Source: a virus
Direction: 5' to 3' (one strand)
IMG/VR virus record: IMGVR_UViG_3300019487_000003
Coordinates: 1-64,000 of that record
Length of the DNA: 64,000 nt
A program made the translations under genes and the position numbers. Positions 52,192 to 61,442 of the stretch are shown here, one piece after another. The notes under the pieces were generated by a model. That model saw nothing but the letters and a program-made list of their open reading frames with translations, was not told where the DNA came from and ran no database searches. How positions within the stretch are numbered: the first letter of the stretch is position 1; each line of letters opens with the position of its first letter.

Positions 52192-54117
52192 ATGCCGGCC
52201 AATCTTCCAAGTGTCTATCAGCAATACATTCATCTTTCAAGATATTCAAGATGGTTACCTGAGGAAAAAAGACGAGAGACTTGGACCGAAACAGTTGGAA
52301 GATATTTTGATTTCTTTGAGGAACATCTTAAAGAAACTCTTAACTACAAACTATCAAAAGATTTGCGAAGGGAATTGGAAACAGCAGTTCTTAATCTTGA
52401 AATCATGCCATCAATGCGGTGCCTAATGACCGCAGGACCAGCACTTAAAAGAGAAAACTTGGCCGGATTCAATTGTTCTTTTGTAGCAGTTGATTCAGTT
52501 CGTGCATTTGATGAAATCCTTTATGTTCTTATGAATGGAACGGGAGTTGGGTTTTCAGTTGAAAGACAATTCATTAACGAATTGCCCGTTATCTCAGAAG
52601 AAATGTATGAAACATCCTCAACAATTGTTGTTGATGATTCTAAAATTGGGTGGGCAAAAGCACTTAAAGAACTTGTTAGCATGTTGTATGTCGGACAAAT
52701 TCCAAAATGGGACCTAAGCAAGGTACGCCCTGCTGGAGCGATTTTAAAAACGTTCGGTGGTAGAGCTAGTGGTCCAGAACCATTGAATCAGTTATTTCAT
52801 TTTACAGTTGCAAAATTCCGCGAAGCAGCGGGAAGAAAATTAAATTCTTTGGAATGTCATGATATTATTTGTAAGATTGCAGATGTTGTAGTTGTTGGTG
52901 GAGTTAGACGTTCAGCATTGATAAGTTTGAGTAATTTGTCAGACGAAAGAATGAGACAAGCAAAATCTGGTCAATGGTGGTTAGAAAATGCCCAGAGAGC
53001 ACTTGCAAATAATTCAGCTTGTTATACAGAAAAACCTGACATGGGAATATTCATGTCAGAATGGAAAGCACTTTATGATTCTAAATCTGGTGAAAGAGGT
53101 GTCTTTAATAGAATTGCAGCTTTAGAACATTCAAAGAAATATGGAAGAAGAAATATAGATCATCATTTCGGAACAAACCCATGTGGAGAAATCATCCTTC
53201 GATCATTGGGTTTGTGCAACCTATCAGAAGTTGTTATTAAACCACATGATGAGCCAGATGATCTTAAAAGAAAAATAAGACTGGCAACGATACTTGGGAC
53301 ATTTCAGTCAACATTGGTTAATTACAAGTATGTAAGAAAGGCTTGGTATAACAATGCTATTGAAGAATCTCTTTTGGGAGTATCTCTTACAGGTATAATG
53401 GATAACTCTCTTTTGAACCAGGCATCTTGCGGTAAACAACTTCCCTTGGGAATTCTCTTGGAAGATTTGAGAGAGGTTGCGGTTAAAACAAATAAGGAGT
53501 GGGCAAAGAAATTAGATATTAATGAAAGTGTAGCAATCACAACTGTTAAACCATCCGGGACTGTATCTCAGCTTGTAGATTGTGCTTCTGGTATTCATGC
53601 AAGACATTCTGAATATTACATAAGAACAGTTAGAGCCGATAACAAAGATCCGCTTTGTATAATGATGAAAGAGATGGGTTTTCCTAATGAGCCAGATGTA
53701 ACAAAACCAGAACATACAACTGTCTTTAGTTTTCCTATAAAGTCTCCTCCCAATTCTACTTTAAGGTGCGACTTAACTGCTGTAGATCAACTTGAATTTT
53801 GGAAGGTTTATCGAAATCATTATTGCGAACACAACCCATCAATAACAGTGAGTGTTAAAGAAAATGAATGGTTAGAAGTCGCCGCATGGGCCTATAAACA
53901 TTTCAATGAAATTGGTGGAGTTTCTTTCTTACCATTCAGTGATTATGTTTATAGACAAGCACCATATCAAGAATGTTCCAAAGAAGAATACGAAAAATTG
54001 TTAGAACAAATTCCAAAGGATGTTGACTGGTCACAACTTTCCAACTACGAAAAAGAAGATATGACATCTGGAATGCAGGAACTTTCTTGTGTTGCTGGGA
54101 CCTGTGAGATTATCTAA
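52192..54117 (+). CDS. nrdJ: Ribonucleotide reductase, class II (adenosylcobalamin-type, NrdJ-like)
   Basis: Active-site 'TNPCGEI', single-chain 641 aa, C-terminal Cys pair 'CVAGTCEII'. No NrdB-like gene in the window. Confidence 0.8.
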   Translation: MPANLPSVYQQYIHLSRYSRWLPEEKRRETWTETVGRYFDFFEEHLKETLNYKLSKDLRRELETAVLNLEIMPSMRCLMTAGPALKRENLAGFNCSFVAVDSVRAFDEILYVLMNGTGVGFSVERQFINELPVISEEMYETSSTIVVDDSKIGWAKALKELVSMLYVGQIPKWDLSKVRPAGAILKTFGGRASGPEPLNQLFHFTVAKFREAAGRKLNSLECHDIICKIADVVVVGGVRRSALISLSNLSDERMRQAKSGQWWLENAQRALANNSACYTEKPDMGIFMSEWKALYDSKSGERGVFNRIAALEHSKKYGRRNIDHHFGTNPCGEIILRSLGLCNLSEVVIKPHDEPDDLKRKIRLATILGTFQSTLVNYKYVRKAWYNNAIEESLLGVSLTGIMDNSLLNQASCGKQLPLGILLEDLREVAVKTNKEWAKKLDINESVAITTVKPSGTVSQLVDCASGIHARHSEYYIRTVRADNKDPLCIMMKEMGFPNEPDVTKPEHTTVFSFPIKSPPNSTLRCDLTAVDQLEFWKVYRNHYCEHNPSITVSVKENEWLEVAAWAYKHFNEIGGVSFLPFSDYVYRQAPYQECSKEEYEKLLEQIPKDVDWSQLSNYEKEDMTSGMQELSCVAGTCEII

Positions 54118-54150
54118 GCTATATAGCCATAGTGCAAATGCACCTATACT

Positions 54151-54384
54151 ATGGAGAAAATGATGCGTAAAAAGAAAGTTGATTTGACTTGTGATTCATG
54201 TGATCTATCTTTTAGTGTCCAACATTCAACTAAAGAGCCAGTTTTATTTTGCACATTTTGTGGAGAAGAATTAACAATCAATAAGGCACATGAACGGCCT
54301 TTGTTAGATTCTTTTGAAGAATTGGATGAATTTGATGAAGAAACTTATATCGATGACGATGAAGATTATTCTGAGGAGGAATAA
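54151..54384 (+). CDS. Zinc-ribbon protein with an acidic tail
   Basis: 'CDSCDLSF...CTFCGEEL' followed by a D/E-rich C-terminus. Alternative starts at 54160 and 54163. Confidence 0.5.
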   Translation: MEKMMRKKKVDLTCDSCDLSFSVQHSTKEPVLFCTFCGEELTINKAHERPLLDSFEELDEFDEETYIDDDEDYSEEE

Positions 54385-55025
54385 TGGTAATTGTTGGCAT
54401 CGATTACTCAATGAGTTGTCCTGCTCTAACTATTCATTTGGGTGAGAAATGGAGTTTTGATAATTGCAAATTTTGTTTTCTGACTCATAAGAAAAAATAT
54501 CTCGATTCGTCTTTACCAAATATTTTAATAGGTCAATACCATTCAAGCCAAAAATTTTATATTGATCGATTTGAAGATTATCTTTCTGAAGAAGATAGAT
54601 TTTATAGATTAGCAAGACAGACACACGAATTTTTTACAAATTGGGCAAACATTGCCAACTCAGCCGTATTCATAGAAGGCTATTCATTTGGCTCTAAAGG
54701 AAAGGTTTTTGAAATTGGTGAGGCCTGCGGAGCATTGAAATCAAGGATATGGGAAGCAGGATACGAATATCAAACTGTTCCACCAACAGTTGTTAAAAAG
54801 TTTGCGTCGGGAAAGGGAAACGCAAAGAAAGACATGATGCACGAATCATTTCTGAAAGAAACACAATTTGATATTTCAGAATATTTTGGATGTGGAATTG
54901 GAAAGAGTCCCGGTTCAGATATAGTGGATTCGTATTATATAGCAAAGTATGGATTCTATTTGAAAAATGACTTACTTTCTGAAACAGTCAATAAAAGACA
55001 GTCTAAGTCAAAGAAAGAACAATAA
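54384..55025 (+). CDS. RuvC-like Holliday junction resolvase
   Basis: 'VIVGIDYS', 'FIEGYSFGSKG', 'VPPTVVKKFASGKGNAKK' and 'SDIVDSYYIA' follow the RuvC-fold acidic-residue layout. Confidence 0.7.
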   Translation: MVIVGIDYSMSCPALTIHLGEKWSFDNCKFCFLTHKKKYLDSSLPNILIGQYHSSQKFYIDRFEDYLSEEDRFYRLARQTHEFFTNWANIANSAVFIEGYSFGSKGKVFEIGEACGALKSRIWEAGYEYQTVPPTVVKKFASGKGNAKKDMMHESFLKETQFDISEYFGCGIGKSPGSDIVDSYYIAKYGFYLKNDLLSETVNKRQSKSKKEQ

Positions 55026-55061
55026 AACCCCGTATAGCTCGTTTTTGGGGGTCCTATGCGC

Positions 55062-55090
55062 TTTACAAGTGCTGTTAGGTTTGCTATAAT
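55062..55090 (+). promoter_or_regulatory. Sigma70-type promoter TTTACA-17-TGcTATAAT
   Basis: Read directly. An ATG (55098) 7 nt downstream opens only a 17-codon ORF. The main ATG is at 55132. Confidence 0.55.
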
Positions 55091-55131
55091 GAATCTAATG
55101 CAGCTTATCAATCCATTGACAGATCCACACG

Positions 55132-56256
55132 ATGTCCCGAAAACGTATTAGAAATTCCTATGGTTCGCCAGGGGAACCCAAGTATGATCCAAATAATCAA
55201 GATGAGTTTCATTTTTCTCATGTCTTGAATTGGTATTCACAAAATAGATCCTCAAAAGATGCGAAGAAGTATCTTATCGAATACTTAGAAAGTATCGGCA
55301 CAAGCAACGATCAAATTAAACATATTAAAAAGGTATCCGAGAAATCTCTAGTAAACACTGCTGGGTGGTTGTCTCGAATTCATACCCGCTCTGGTACATT
55401 ACCAGAAAATGGAATTCAACATCTCAACAAATATGTTTCAGATGCCTTAGCTCAAGATATTGATGTTGATTCAGATGAAGAAAGTTCTGAACCAAAGATT
55501 GGTGTTCAAGAAAGAATAAAATTACAAGTTGCCACATATGTTGGTGAAATAGATGAGCACATAGATTTGTTCATAGAGAAAATAACTAAGAGTATCAACC
55601 CAGTTGGAATGTTTGATTCTTATTCCTTTTTAAAAGAAAAATATATACTACCAATTCAAACCACTCGAATAATCGAACACTATGAAACAACTATTTTAAA
55701 GGAATTGAAGGACGCCCGTTCCGGCAAGTGTCCACAATTAAAAGAGGCCTATTCATATTTGAAAAAGATCCAACTAGAATACTTCATAACATTCATAGAA
55801 GGAATTATTGAGGGCGCTCAAAAATGGTATGATGAAGTTAGACACGAAACAAAAGCAACTAGAAAGCCCCGCAAGAGAAAGATTAAAACTCCCGAACAAC
55901 TTGTTTCTAAAATAAAGATTCAAAACGAATATCCAGAATATGATCTAAAGAGTTTGAATCCAACGAAACTTGTTGGTGCAAATCAACTTTGGGTCTTTAA
56001 TACAAAGACAAGATTTTTGGGAATATATGTTTGCAACAATCCTCATGGACTTTCAATCAAAGGAACAACCTTGTTAAATTTCGACGAAAAGGAATCTTTT
56101 TCAAAAAAGGTTAGGAAACCAAAAGAAGTTCTTCCAAAAATACTTCAGGGTGGAAAAATCGCATGTAAAAAGATGCTATCCCAAATCAAGGCAAAGGAAA
56201 AATACTTGAATGGACGTTTAAATTCTGATACAATACTACTAAAGGTGATACAATGA
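55132..56256 (+). CDS. Hypothetical protein
   Basis: 374-aa ORF, no motif recognised. Confidence 0.55.
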   Translation: MSRKRIRNSYGSPGEPKYDPNNQDEFHFSHVLNWYSQNRSSKDAKKYLIEYLESIGTSNDQIKHIKKVSEKSLVNTAGWLSRIHTRSGTLPENGIQHLNKYVSDALAQDIDVDSDEESSEPKIGVQERIKLQVATYVGEIDEHIDLFIEKITKSINPVGMFDSYSFLKEKYILPIQTTRIIEHYETTILKELKDARSGKCPQLKEAYSYLKKIQLEYFITFIEGIIEGAQKWYDEVRHETKATRKPRKRKIKTPEQLVSKIKIQNEYPEYDLKSLNPTKLVGANQLWVFNTKTRFLGIYVCNNPHGLSIKGTTLLNFDEKESFSKKVRKPKEVLPKILQGGKIACKKMLSQIKAKEKYLNGRLNSDTILLKVIQ

Positions 56257-57629
56257 GCAGATTAGTTATTTTCGATTTAGAAACTTCCGAAAGATATGCA
56301 TTAGGCCAAATTTTGAATTTGGCAGCTATTGCAGTTAATGAAAACTTTGAAGTTGTAGATAAGTTGGCGTTGGACGTAAAGATTTCCAGAACACAACTCC
56401 CTAGCCCTGAAGCATTGTTGGTTAACAAAGTAAACCCTATAGAACAACAAAGCAAAGCAAAGCTAAATGAGCGCCAAGCGATCACTAAACTTTTTGAGTT
56501 TGTTGACAAGCAAAGAAATGATAATAGGGCAGGAAAGGTTATTGTTGGTGGACAAAATACAGCCAAATTTGACTTAGAGTTTTTGAGAAGTAATTCTTTA
56601 CGCTCAGGAATCTATCCTTACTTCCCTAAGGATGTTGTTTATACAGATTTGATCTTCCTAAGCAAAAAGTTAGTTGTCAGTGATCCAAGTGTTCGTAAAA
56701 TCTTAACAAAGGAAAATGGTGACATTTCTGTTAGTTTAGAATGGTTAACTAATGCTTTAGGAATCTCAAAGAGTAAACAAACTCACGATTCTTTAGGTGA
56801 TGTTCTTTTAACGCTAGATGTTTTCAAACATTACATAAAAGAATATGATTTGAATGTATTCAGTTATAATTCATATGAAGTTGATAGATTTAAACCAAAG
56901 TATGGAGATGTATATCGAGTTGTAAATCTGGAAAACTATAAACTAGTCGAAAGACTATATGCACTTCACTGGCATGATTCAAAGTATGCTTTGTGGTTGA
57001 ATGTTACAGATTTTGATCCTGCAAAGGGGAAAAGAAATTTGTGGTGGAAGACCAAAAAGAATAGTGCTTTCTTTACAGTAGAAAAGGTCACTGATCCTAA
57101 CACTATCAATTTAGCACAAGATATGCTCGATCATCCAGATATTGTAAATGTGGATGTCAATAGTTATTTTGATGTTCCTGATTGTGATGCTGAATTGCAT
57201 GTTACAACTGTTAAATATGATAACATGCAAGCGGCATTGGATTATATGAATAATGGTAGTGAGGTTTTGATTCAACATCTATCAAACCGCGACACGGCAT
57301 CATATAATAATATGTTAGAATATATAAAGCGTTACACAATGCTTTATAAGAAGGGTCAATTCCCCGATAAACTTTTTAAGAAGTATTGCTTGGAAAGATA
57401 TTCGGGAAAATTTAAGACAGAAAAGAATATTTTTGGTGAGGATCCAGATTACGCTAACAGGCCTAATAAAGAAGTATATCATCCTTCTCTGAAACAAAGA
57501 TTGCAAACTATTGAAGAAAAATTAGTAGAGAAGAAAGATCCAGTTGATCAAAGTGTTTTACTAGCTCTCAAGGAATATATTTTGACATCTGAAGTTGTAA
57601 AAACTTGCCCTGAGTTATTGAATGAGTGA
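56253..57629 (+). CDS. DEDDh 3'-5' exonuclease (exonuclease I / SbcB-like architecture)
   Basis: Exo I 'VIFDLETSE', Exo II 'GGQNTAKFDLEFL', Exo III 'THDSLGDVLLT'. A ~250-aa C-terminal extension as in ExoI. Confidence 0.7.
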   Translation: MSRLVIFDLETSERYALGQILNLAAIAVNENFEVVDKLALDVKISRTQLPSPEALLVNKVNPIEQQSKAKLNERQAITKLFEFVDKQRNDNRAGKVIVGGQNTAKFDLEFLRSNSLRSGIYPYFPKDVVYTDLIFLSKKLVVSDPSVRKILTKENGDISVSLEWLTNALGISKSKQTHDSLGDVLLTLDVFKHYIKEYDLNVFSYNSYEVDRFKPKYGDVYRVVNLENYKLVERLYALHWHDSKYALWLNVTDFDPAKGKRNLWWKTKKNSAFFTVEKVTDPNTINLAQDMLDHPDIVNVDVNSYFDVPDCDAELHVTTVKYDNMQAALDYMNNGSEVLIQHLSNRDTASYNNMLEYIKRYTMLYKKGQFPDKLFKKYCLERYSGKFKTEKNIFGEDPDYANRPNKEVYHPSLKQRLQTIEEKLVEKKDPVDQSVLLALKEYILTSEVVKTCPELLNE

Positions 57630-57888
57630 TAAGATTGTTGTTAAAAAGCAACCAGCGGAGTCAGTTGATCCTTTTGACTACGTTATAAGTGTATTAGAAT
57701 ACGCCAAATTTGATCTATCATATCAACGACGACTGACAGAACAAAGAGTTGTTGTTCCTTTAACTGAAGCCGAAAAAGAATATTTTGCAGATATTGTTGC
57801 TCATTTGGGTAACGCTCAAGAGGTTCTTATTGTTTTGAAAGAAAAGCATAATTCTAAAAAAAGAAAATGGTTTTTTGGTTTATTCTAA
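57622..57888 (+). CDS. Hypothetical small protein
   Basis: 88-aa ORF overlapping the upstream stop. Confidence 0.4.
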   Translation: MSDKIVVKKQPAESVDPFDYVISVLEYAKFDLSYQRRLTEQRVVVPLTEAEKEYFADIVAHLGNAQEVLIVLKEKHNSKKRKWFFGLF

Positions 57889-57965
57889 CTTCGTTTATTG
57901 TTGGATTTTTGTTGGGTTACCGCAAATGTCGTAATGATATGGTCAGAGTCAAACTAAAGAGATAG
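57867..57965 (+). CDS. 32-aa single-pass membrane peptide (below the ORF-track cutoff)
   Basis: Manual translation gives MVFWFILTSFIVGFLLGYRKCRNDMVRVKLKR. It fills the 57889-57967 gap. Confidence 0.35.
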   Translation: MVFWFILTSFIVGFLLGYRKCRNDMVRVKLKR

Positions 57966-57967
57966 TT

Positions 57968-58600
57968 ATGACTTGGGAAGATGTTCTAAAGGAAGAGGTT
58001 GAAAAGCCTTACTTTAAAAAACTTGGAGAAAGAGTCAAGAATGATCGCAAGGTCAACACAGTCTTTCCAGAAACAGCGAACATTTTAAGGGCCTTTGAAT
58101 TGACTCCATTTGAGAAAATTAAGGTAGTAATACTTGGTCAAGATCCTTATCATGGTGAAGGTCAAGCCCACGGACTGTCATTTTCTGTTACTGAAGGAAA
58201 TAAATTGCCACCATCTTTGAGAAATATTTTCAAAGAGCTAAAAGACGATTTGGGTATAGAAAATACTATAGGAGATTTGACACCTTGGGCGAAGCAAGGT
58301 GTGTTTTTGTTAAATGCTATTTTGACAGTTGCGAAAAATAAACCAGGCTCTCACTCTAATTTGGGGTGGGAAAATTTCACATCATTTGTCATTAAACAAA
58401 TTTCTGATAAAAGAGATAGAGTAGTTTTTGTTTTGTGGGGAAAATTTGCTAAGTCCAAAAAGGTACACATAGACACCAAGAAACATTTAGTTTTGGAATC
58501 TTCTCACCCTTCTCCATTTTCAGCAGCGGAAGGATTCTTCGGAAGCAAACCCTTTTCAAAAATAAACGAAATTTACAACATCGATTGGAAGACAAACTAA
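57968..58600 (+). CDS. ung: Uracil-DNA glycosylase, family 1 (Ung)
   Basis: 'VVILGQDPYHGEGQAHGLSFSV', 'GVFLLNAILTV', 'ESSHPSPFSA'. Confidence 0.9.
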   Translation: MTWEDVLKEEVEKPYFKKLGERVKNDRKVNTVFPETANILRAFELTPFEKIKVVILGQDPYHGEGQAHGLSFSVTEGNKLPPSLRNIFKELKDDLGIENTIGDLTPWAKQGVFLLNAILTVAKNKPGSHSNLGWENFTSFVIKQISDKRDRVVFVLWGKFAKSKKVHIDTKKHLVLESSHPSPFSAAEGFFGSKPFSKINEIYNIDWKTN

Positions 58601-58602
58601 AT

Positions 58603-58803
58603 ATGACTGAAGCTAAACAAATTAGAAAATGCAGAAGATTAGTTTCTGAATATTTTAATGGGTGTAAGTGGAAATGTGAATTGTGGTTTAAAACACCCAA
58701 TCCTATGTTAGGTGAAATATCTCCAAATAGTATGATCAAAATGGGAAGAGTCAAAAAATTATTAGAATTTATACAGGATGCTCGACATGGCAATACCCCA
58801 TAA
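58603..58803 (+). CDS. Stand-alone DUF2384-like domain (C-terminal toxin-binding domain of Xre/MbcA/ParS antitoxins)
   Basis: 'ELWFKTPNPMLGEISPNSMIKMGRVKKLLEFIQDARHG' fits the 'W..tPnpaLGG.sP.e......G...V..lL.ri..G' signature. No HTH domain attached. Confidence 0.5.
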   Translation: MTEAKQIRKCRRLVSEYFNGCKWKCELWFKTPNPMLGEISPNSMIKMGRVKKLLEFIQDARHGNTP

Positions 58804-59194
58804 ATGTCCAGTCTGTGAAGGGTCTGGGAAATTATTTCAATCTGACGTAGCAAGTTCTCCATTTACAATACCCACAACAGCACCTCTCCCAACTTATTAT
58901 AAGTCTTGCAATAGTTGCAATGGAACAGGAATTGTATGGGAGCCAGAACATCTTGTTGTGGGCCCAAGTTACCCATGGCCTCAATTAATACCTGATAGTC
59001 CAGATGTAGAACATATACCAAACGCACCACAATTTTTTCCATTTGATCCAGTTGCGCCACTTATTTTTGATGAAAAGGAAATACCAAAAAAAGTTCGGGA
59101 AAATAGTAGAAAGCAACTGATTCAAACATTGAAAAAGTGGATTTCAGATTTAAGTAAAGATGAAGATAAAGATGAGGAAGAATTTTGTGACTAA
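58787..59194 (+). CDS. Protein with two DnaJ-type CxxCxGxG zinc-finger motifs
   Basis: 'CPVCEGSG' and 'CNSCNGTG', with an acidic tail. Confidence 0.5.
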   Translation: MAIPHKCPVCEGSGKLFQSDVASSPFTIPTTAPLPTYYKSCNSCNGTGIVWEPEHLVVGPSYPWPQLIPDSPDVEHIPNAPQFFPFDPVAPLIFDEKEIPKKVRENSRKQLIQTLKKWISDLSKDEDKDEEEFCD

Positions 59195-59363
59195 AAATAT
59201 AGTCGTAATTCAAAAAGAATACACTGACGAATCATTATTAGATGTTGACCAAGACATCATTTTTGCTGTTGATGAGATGGATGCGCCCGATGAGAAAGAT
59301 GAGAATGGTTTCTATCGCGGGCACTTTGAATTGAGTTTAATATACGTTCCGAAGAAAAAATAA
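59160..59363 (+). CDS. Hypothetical small acidic protein (start uncertain)
   Basis: 67-aa ORF. TAATG junction with the next gene. Confidence 0.35.
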   Translation: MKIKMRKNFVTKNIVVIQKEYTDESLLDVDQDIIFAVDEMDAPDEKDENGFYRGHFELSLIYVPKKK

Positions 59364-59926
59364 TGGCAACATTCTTTACTGCTGATACACATTTTGGTCA
59401 TGGTAATATTGTAAACTACTGCGATAGACCTTTTCAAAATTTAGAAGAACATAACAGATGTCTAATAGAAAATTGGAACAGTATTGTTGGGCCCAAAGAT
59501 CATGTTTATCATTTGGGTGATTTTGGCTGGGGCCCTATTGACGAACTAACAAAACTTGCCGGGAAACTTAGAGGAAAAATTCACCTAATAGCAGGGAATC
59601 ATGATCCTAATGTAAAGAGACCACCTCTTTCCGGAAGATTTAGTTTCATTAAAGACGTTCATTACTATAAAGGTTATAATGGTGACGAAAAGGTAGAAAT
59701 CTTTTTGTCTCATTATCCTCATCGTTCATGGCTTCATTCTTTTCATGGTTCTTTTCATTTGTTCGGTCATACACATTCTCGATTAGGACCACATGGACTT
59801 TCTTTCGATGTTGGTGTGGACAACATCTACAAACTTTTTGGTGCTTATAGACCAATTTCATTAAGAGAAGTTTGCCAAGTTATGGATACCTTGAGAAAGG
59901 ATTTTGATCCAGAGAAAATAAGATAG
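59363..59926 (+). CDS. Metallophosphoesterase
   Basis: 'FFTADTHFGH', 'LGDFG', 'GNHD', 'GHTH'. Confidence 0.8.
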   Translation: MATFFTADTHFGHGNIVNYCDRPFQNLEEHNRCLIENWNSIVGPKDHVYHLGDFGWGPIDELTKLAGKLRGKIHLIAGNHDPNVKRPPLSGRFSFIKDVHYYKGYNGDEKVEIFLSHYPHRSWLHSFHGSFHLFGHTHSRLGPHGLSFDVGVDNIYKLFGAYRPISLREVCQVMDTLRKDFDPEKIR

Positions 59927-59927
59927 C

Positions 59928-59956
59928 TTTACATATTTTCGATTTTGTTATAGAAT
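59928..59956 (+). promoter_or_regulatory. Sigma70-type promoter TTTACA-17-TAGAAT, 6 nt before the ATG at 59963
   Basis: Read directly. No SD. Confidence 0.6.
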
Positions 59957-59962
59957 AGATAA

Positions 59963-60835
59963 ATGATCGTCGTTGACTTTAACCAAACCCTTATTTCTAG
60001 TTTGATGAGCCAAATTGGTTCAAACCCAAACAAAGAACTTTCAGAAAATCTTATCAGACACATGGTATTGTCTGCTATTCTATCATACAAGAAAAAATTC
60101 GGGGCCGAATTTGGGCAACTTGTGTTTGCTGCCGATGACAAAAATTATTGGAGAAAGGATATTTTTCCTTACTATAAGGCAGGGCGAAAGAAGATGAGAG
60201 AGGAGTCAGGTTTTGACTGGAAACTTATCTTCAATACTCTTAACAAGATTCGTGACGAAATCAAGGAATACTTTCCTTATAAGGTTATCCAGGTAGACAA
60301 GGCAGAAGCAGATGATATTATTGCCACACTTTGCAAACATGCTCCAGTTAAACGTGTAGGATTGTTTGAACAAGAAGAACCTATCCTAATTGTATCAGGA
60401 GACAAAGACTTTCTCCAATTACACAAGTATAGTAACGTAAAACAATATTCACCTATCCTGAAAAAGTATCTTTATACAGATTCACCAGAAAAATATTTAA
60501 AGGAACATATTCTCAAGGGTGACAGAGGAGATGGAATACCAAACTTCTTGTGTGAAGATTCGAGAATAGTTGATGGAATAAAACAGACTGGAATTTCAGA
60601 AAAGAAATTATTTGTTTGGGTGCAACAAAATCCAGAAGATTTTTGTAACGAAGCTCAATTAAGGAACTATAATCGTAACAAACAATTAGTTGATCTTACA
60701 TATATACCAGAGAACATTGAGAAACAAATATTGGAAAAGTTTGCGGAAGAACCAAAGGGTGCAAAAAGCAAACTGTTCAATTATTTTGTGAGCAATGGAT
60801 TGAAACATTTAATGGAGAATTTGGCGGACTTTTAA
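59963..60835 (+). CDS. rnh: RNase H / 5'-3' flap exonuclease (T4 rnh)
   Basis: 'YWRKDIFPYYKAGRK', 'KAEADDIIA' and 'SGDKDFLQLHKYSNVKQYSP' align with T4 RNase H 'YWRRDFAYYYKKNRG', 'KYEADDHIA' and 'SSDGDFTQLHKYPNVKQWSP'. Confidence 0.92.
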   Translation: MIVVDFNQTLISSLMSQIGSNPNKELSENLIRHMVLSAILSYKKKFGAEFGQLVFAADDKNYWRKDIFPYYKAGRKKMREESGFDWKLIFNTLNKIRDEIKEYFPYKVIQVDKAEADDIIATLCKHAPVKRVGLFEQEEPILIVSGDKDFLQLHKYSNVKQYSPILKKYLYTDSPEKYLKEHILKGDRGDGIPNFLCEDSRIVDGIKQTGISEKKLFVWVQQNPEDFCNEAQLRNYNRNKQLVDLTYIPENIEKQILEKFAEEPKGAKSKLFNYFVSNGLKHLMENLADF

Positions 60836-60836
60836 T

Positions 60837-61442
60837 ATGACAACACAACCCCTTCGATACAATTCAAAACTAACAGTTGCAGAAATTTTCAACCTTGTTA
60901 GAGTAGCTGAAACTGATAAAGATAAAATTCAAGTTTTAGAAGTATACAAAAGAAGCGAAGCACTAAAGAGTATAATTCGTTTACAGTTTGATTCTCGTTT
61001 TAAGTTTGCATTACCAGAGGGGACTCCGCCTAATGTAAAACCCAATGTCACACCAGCAGGCCTTGGTGAAGAAGGTCTTCATCGTGCTTATAAGAAACTT
61101 TATGTTTTTATCGAAGGTGCATCTAATTTGAAACAATCAAAGAGGGAACTTTTGTTTGTTGGATTACTAGAAACACTAGATAAAGATGAGGCAGAATTAC
61201 TTAAGACTGTCAAGGATAAAAAGTTAAGTGTTGGATTGACGAAAGAAGTTATTGATCATGTTTATCCTGGACTTATTCCTGTGGAACATTTTGGTGGTGA
61301 AAAGTCGGAGGCAGAAGCCGAAGTTGTAACACCAAAAGCTCCAAAAGTAAAAAAGCCGCGTTCAAAATCTCTTAAGGCAAAAGATTCTAACGATGAAAAA
61401 GGACAGGGGCAAAAAACAGTCGGCGGCGATTCGGGTCTATAA
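60837..61442 (+). CDS. Hypothetical protein with a basic C-terminus
   Basis: 201-aa ORF starting 2 nt after the rnh stop. Confidence 0.5.
   Translation: MTTQPLRYNSKLTVAEIFNLVRVAETDKDKIQVLEVYKRSEALKSIIRLQFDSRFKFALPEGTPPNVKPNVTPAGLGEEGLHRAYKKLYVFIEGASNLKQSKRELLFVGLLETLDKDEAELLKTVKDKKLSVGLTKEVIDHVYPGLIPVEHFGGEKSEAEAEVVTPKAPKVKKPRSKSLKAKDSNDEKGQGQKTVGGDSGL

Noticed and set aside
54145-54150. TATACT as another leaderless-type promoter for 54151
   Set aside because: There is no acceptable -35 at 16-18 nt, and the ATG abuts the hexamer, so the geometry does not match the five clear cases.
55024-55052. Possible terminator after the RuvC-like gene (ACCCC...GGGGT)
   Set aside because: It has only a 5-bp stem with a ~15-nt loop and no downstream T-run.
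58449-58862. 137-aa minus-strand ORF spanning the ung / DUF2384-like / zinc-finger gene junctions
   Set aside because: It is antisense to three well-packed + genes, with no RBS or promoter context and no recognisable motif.
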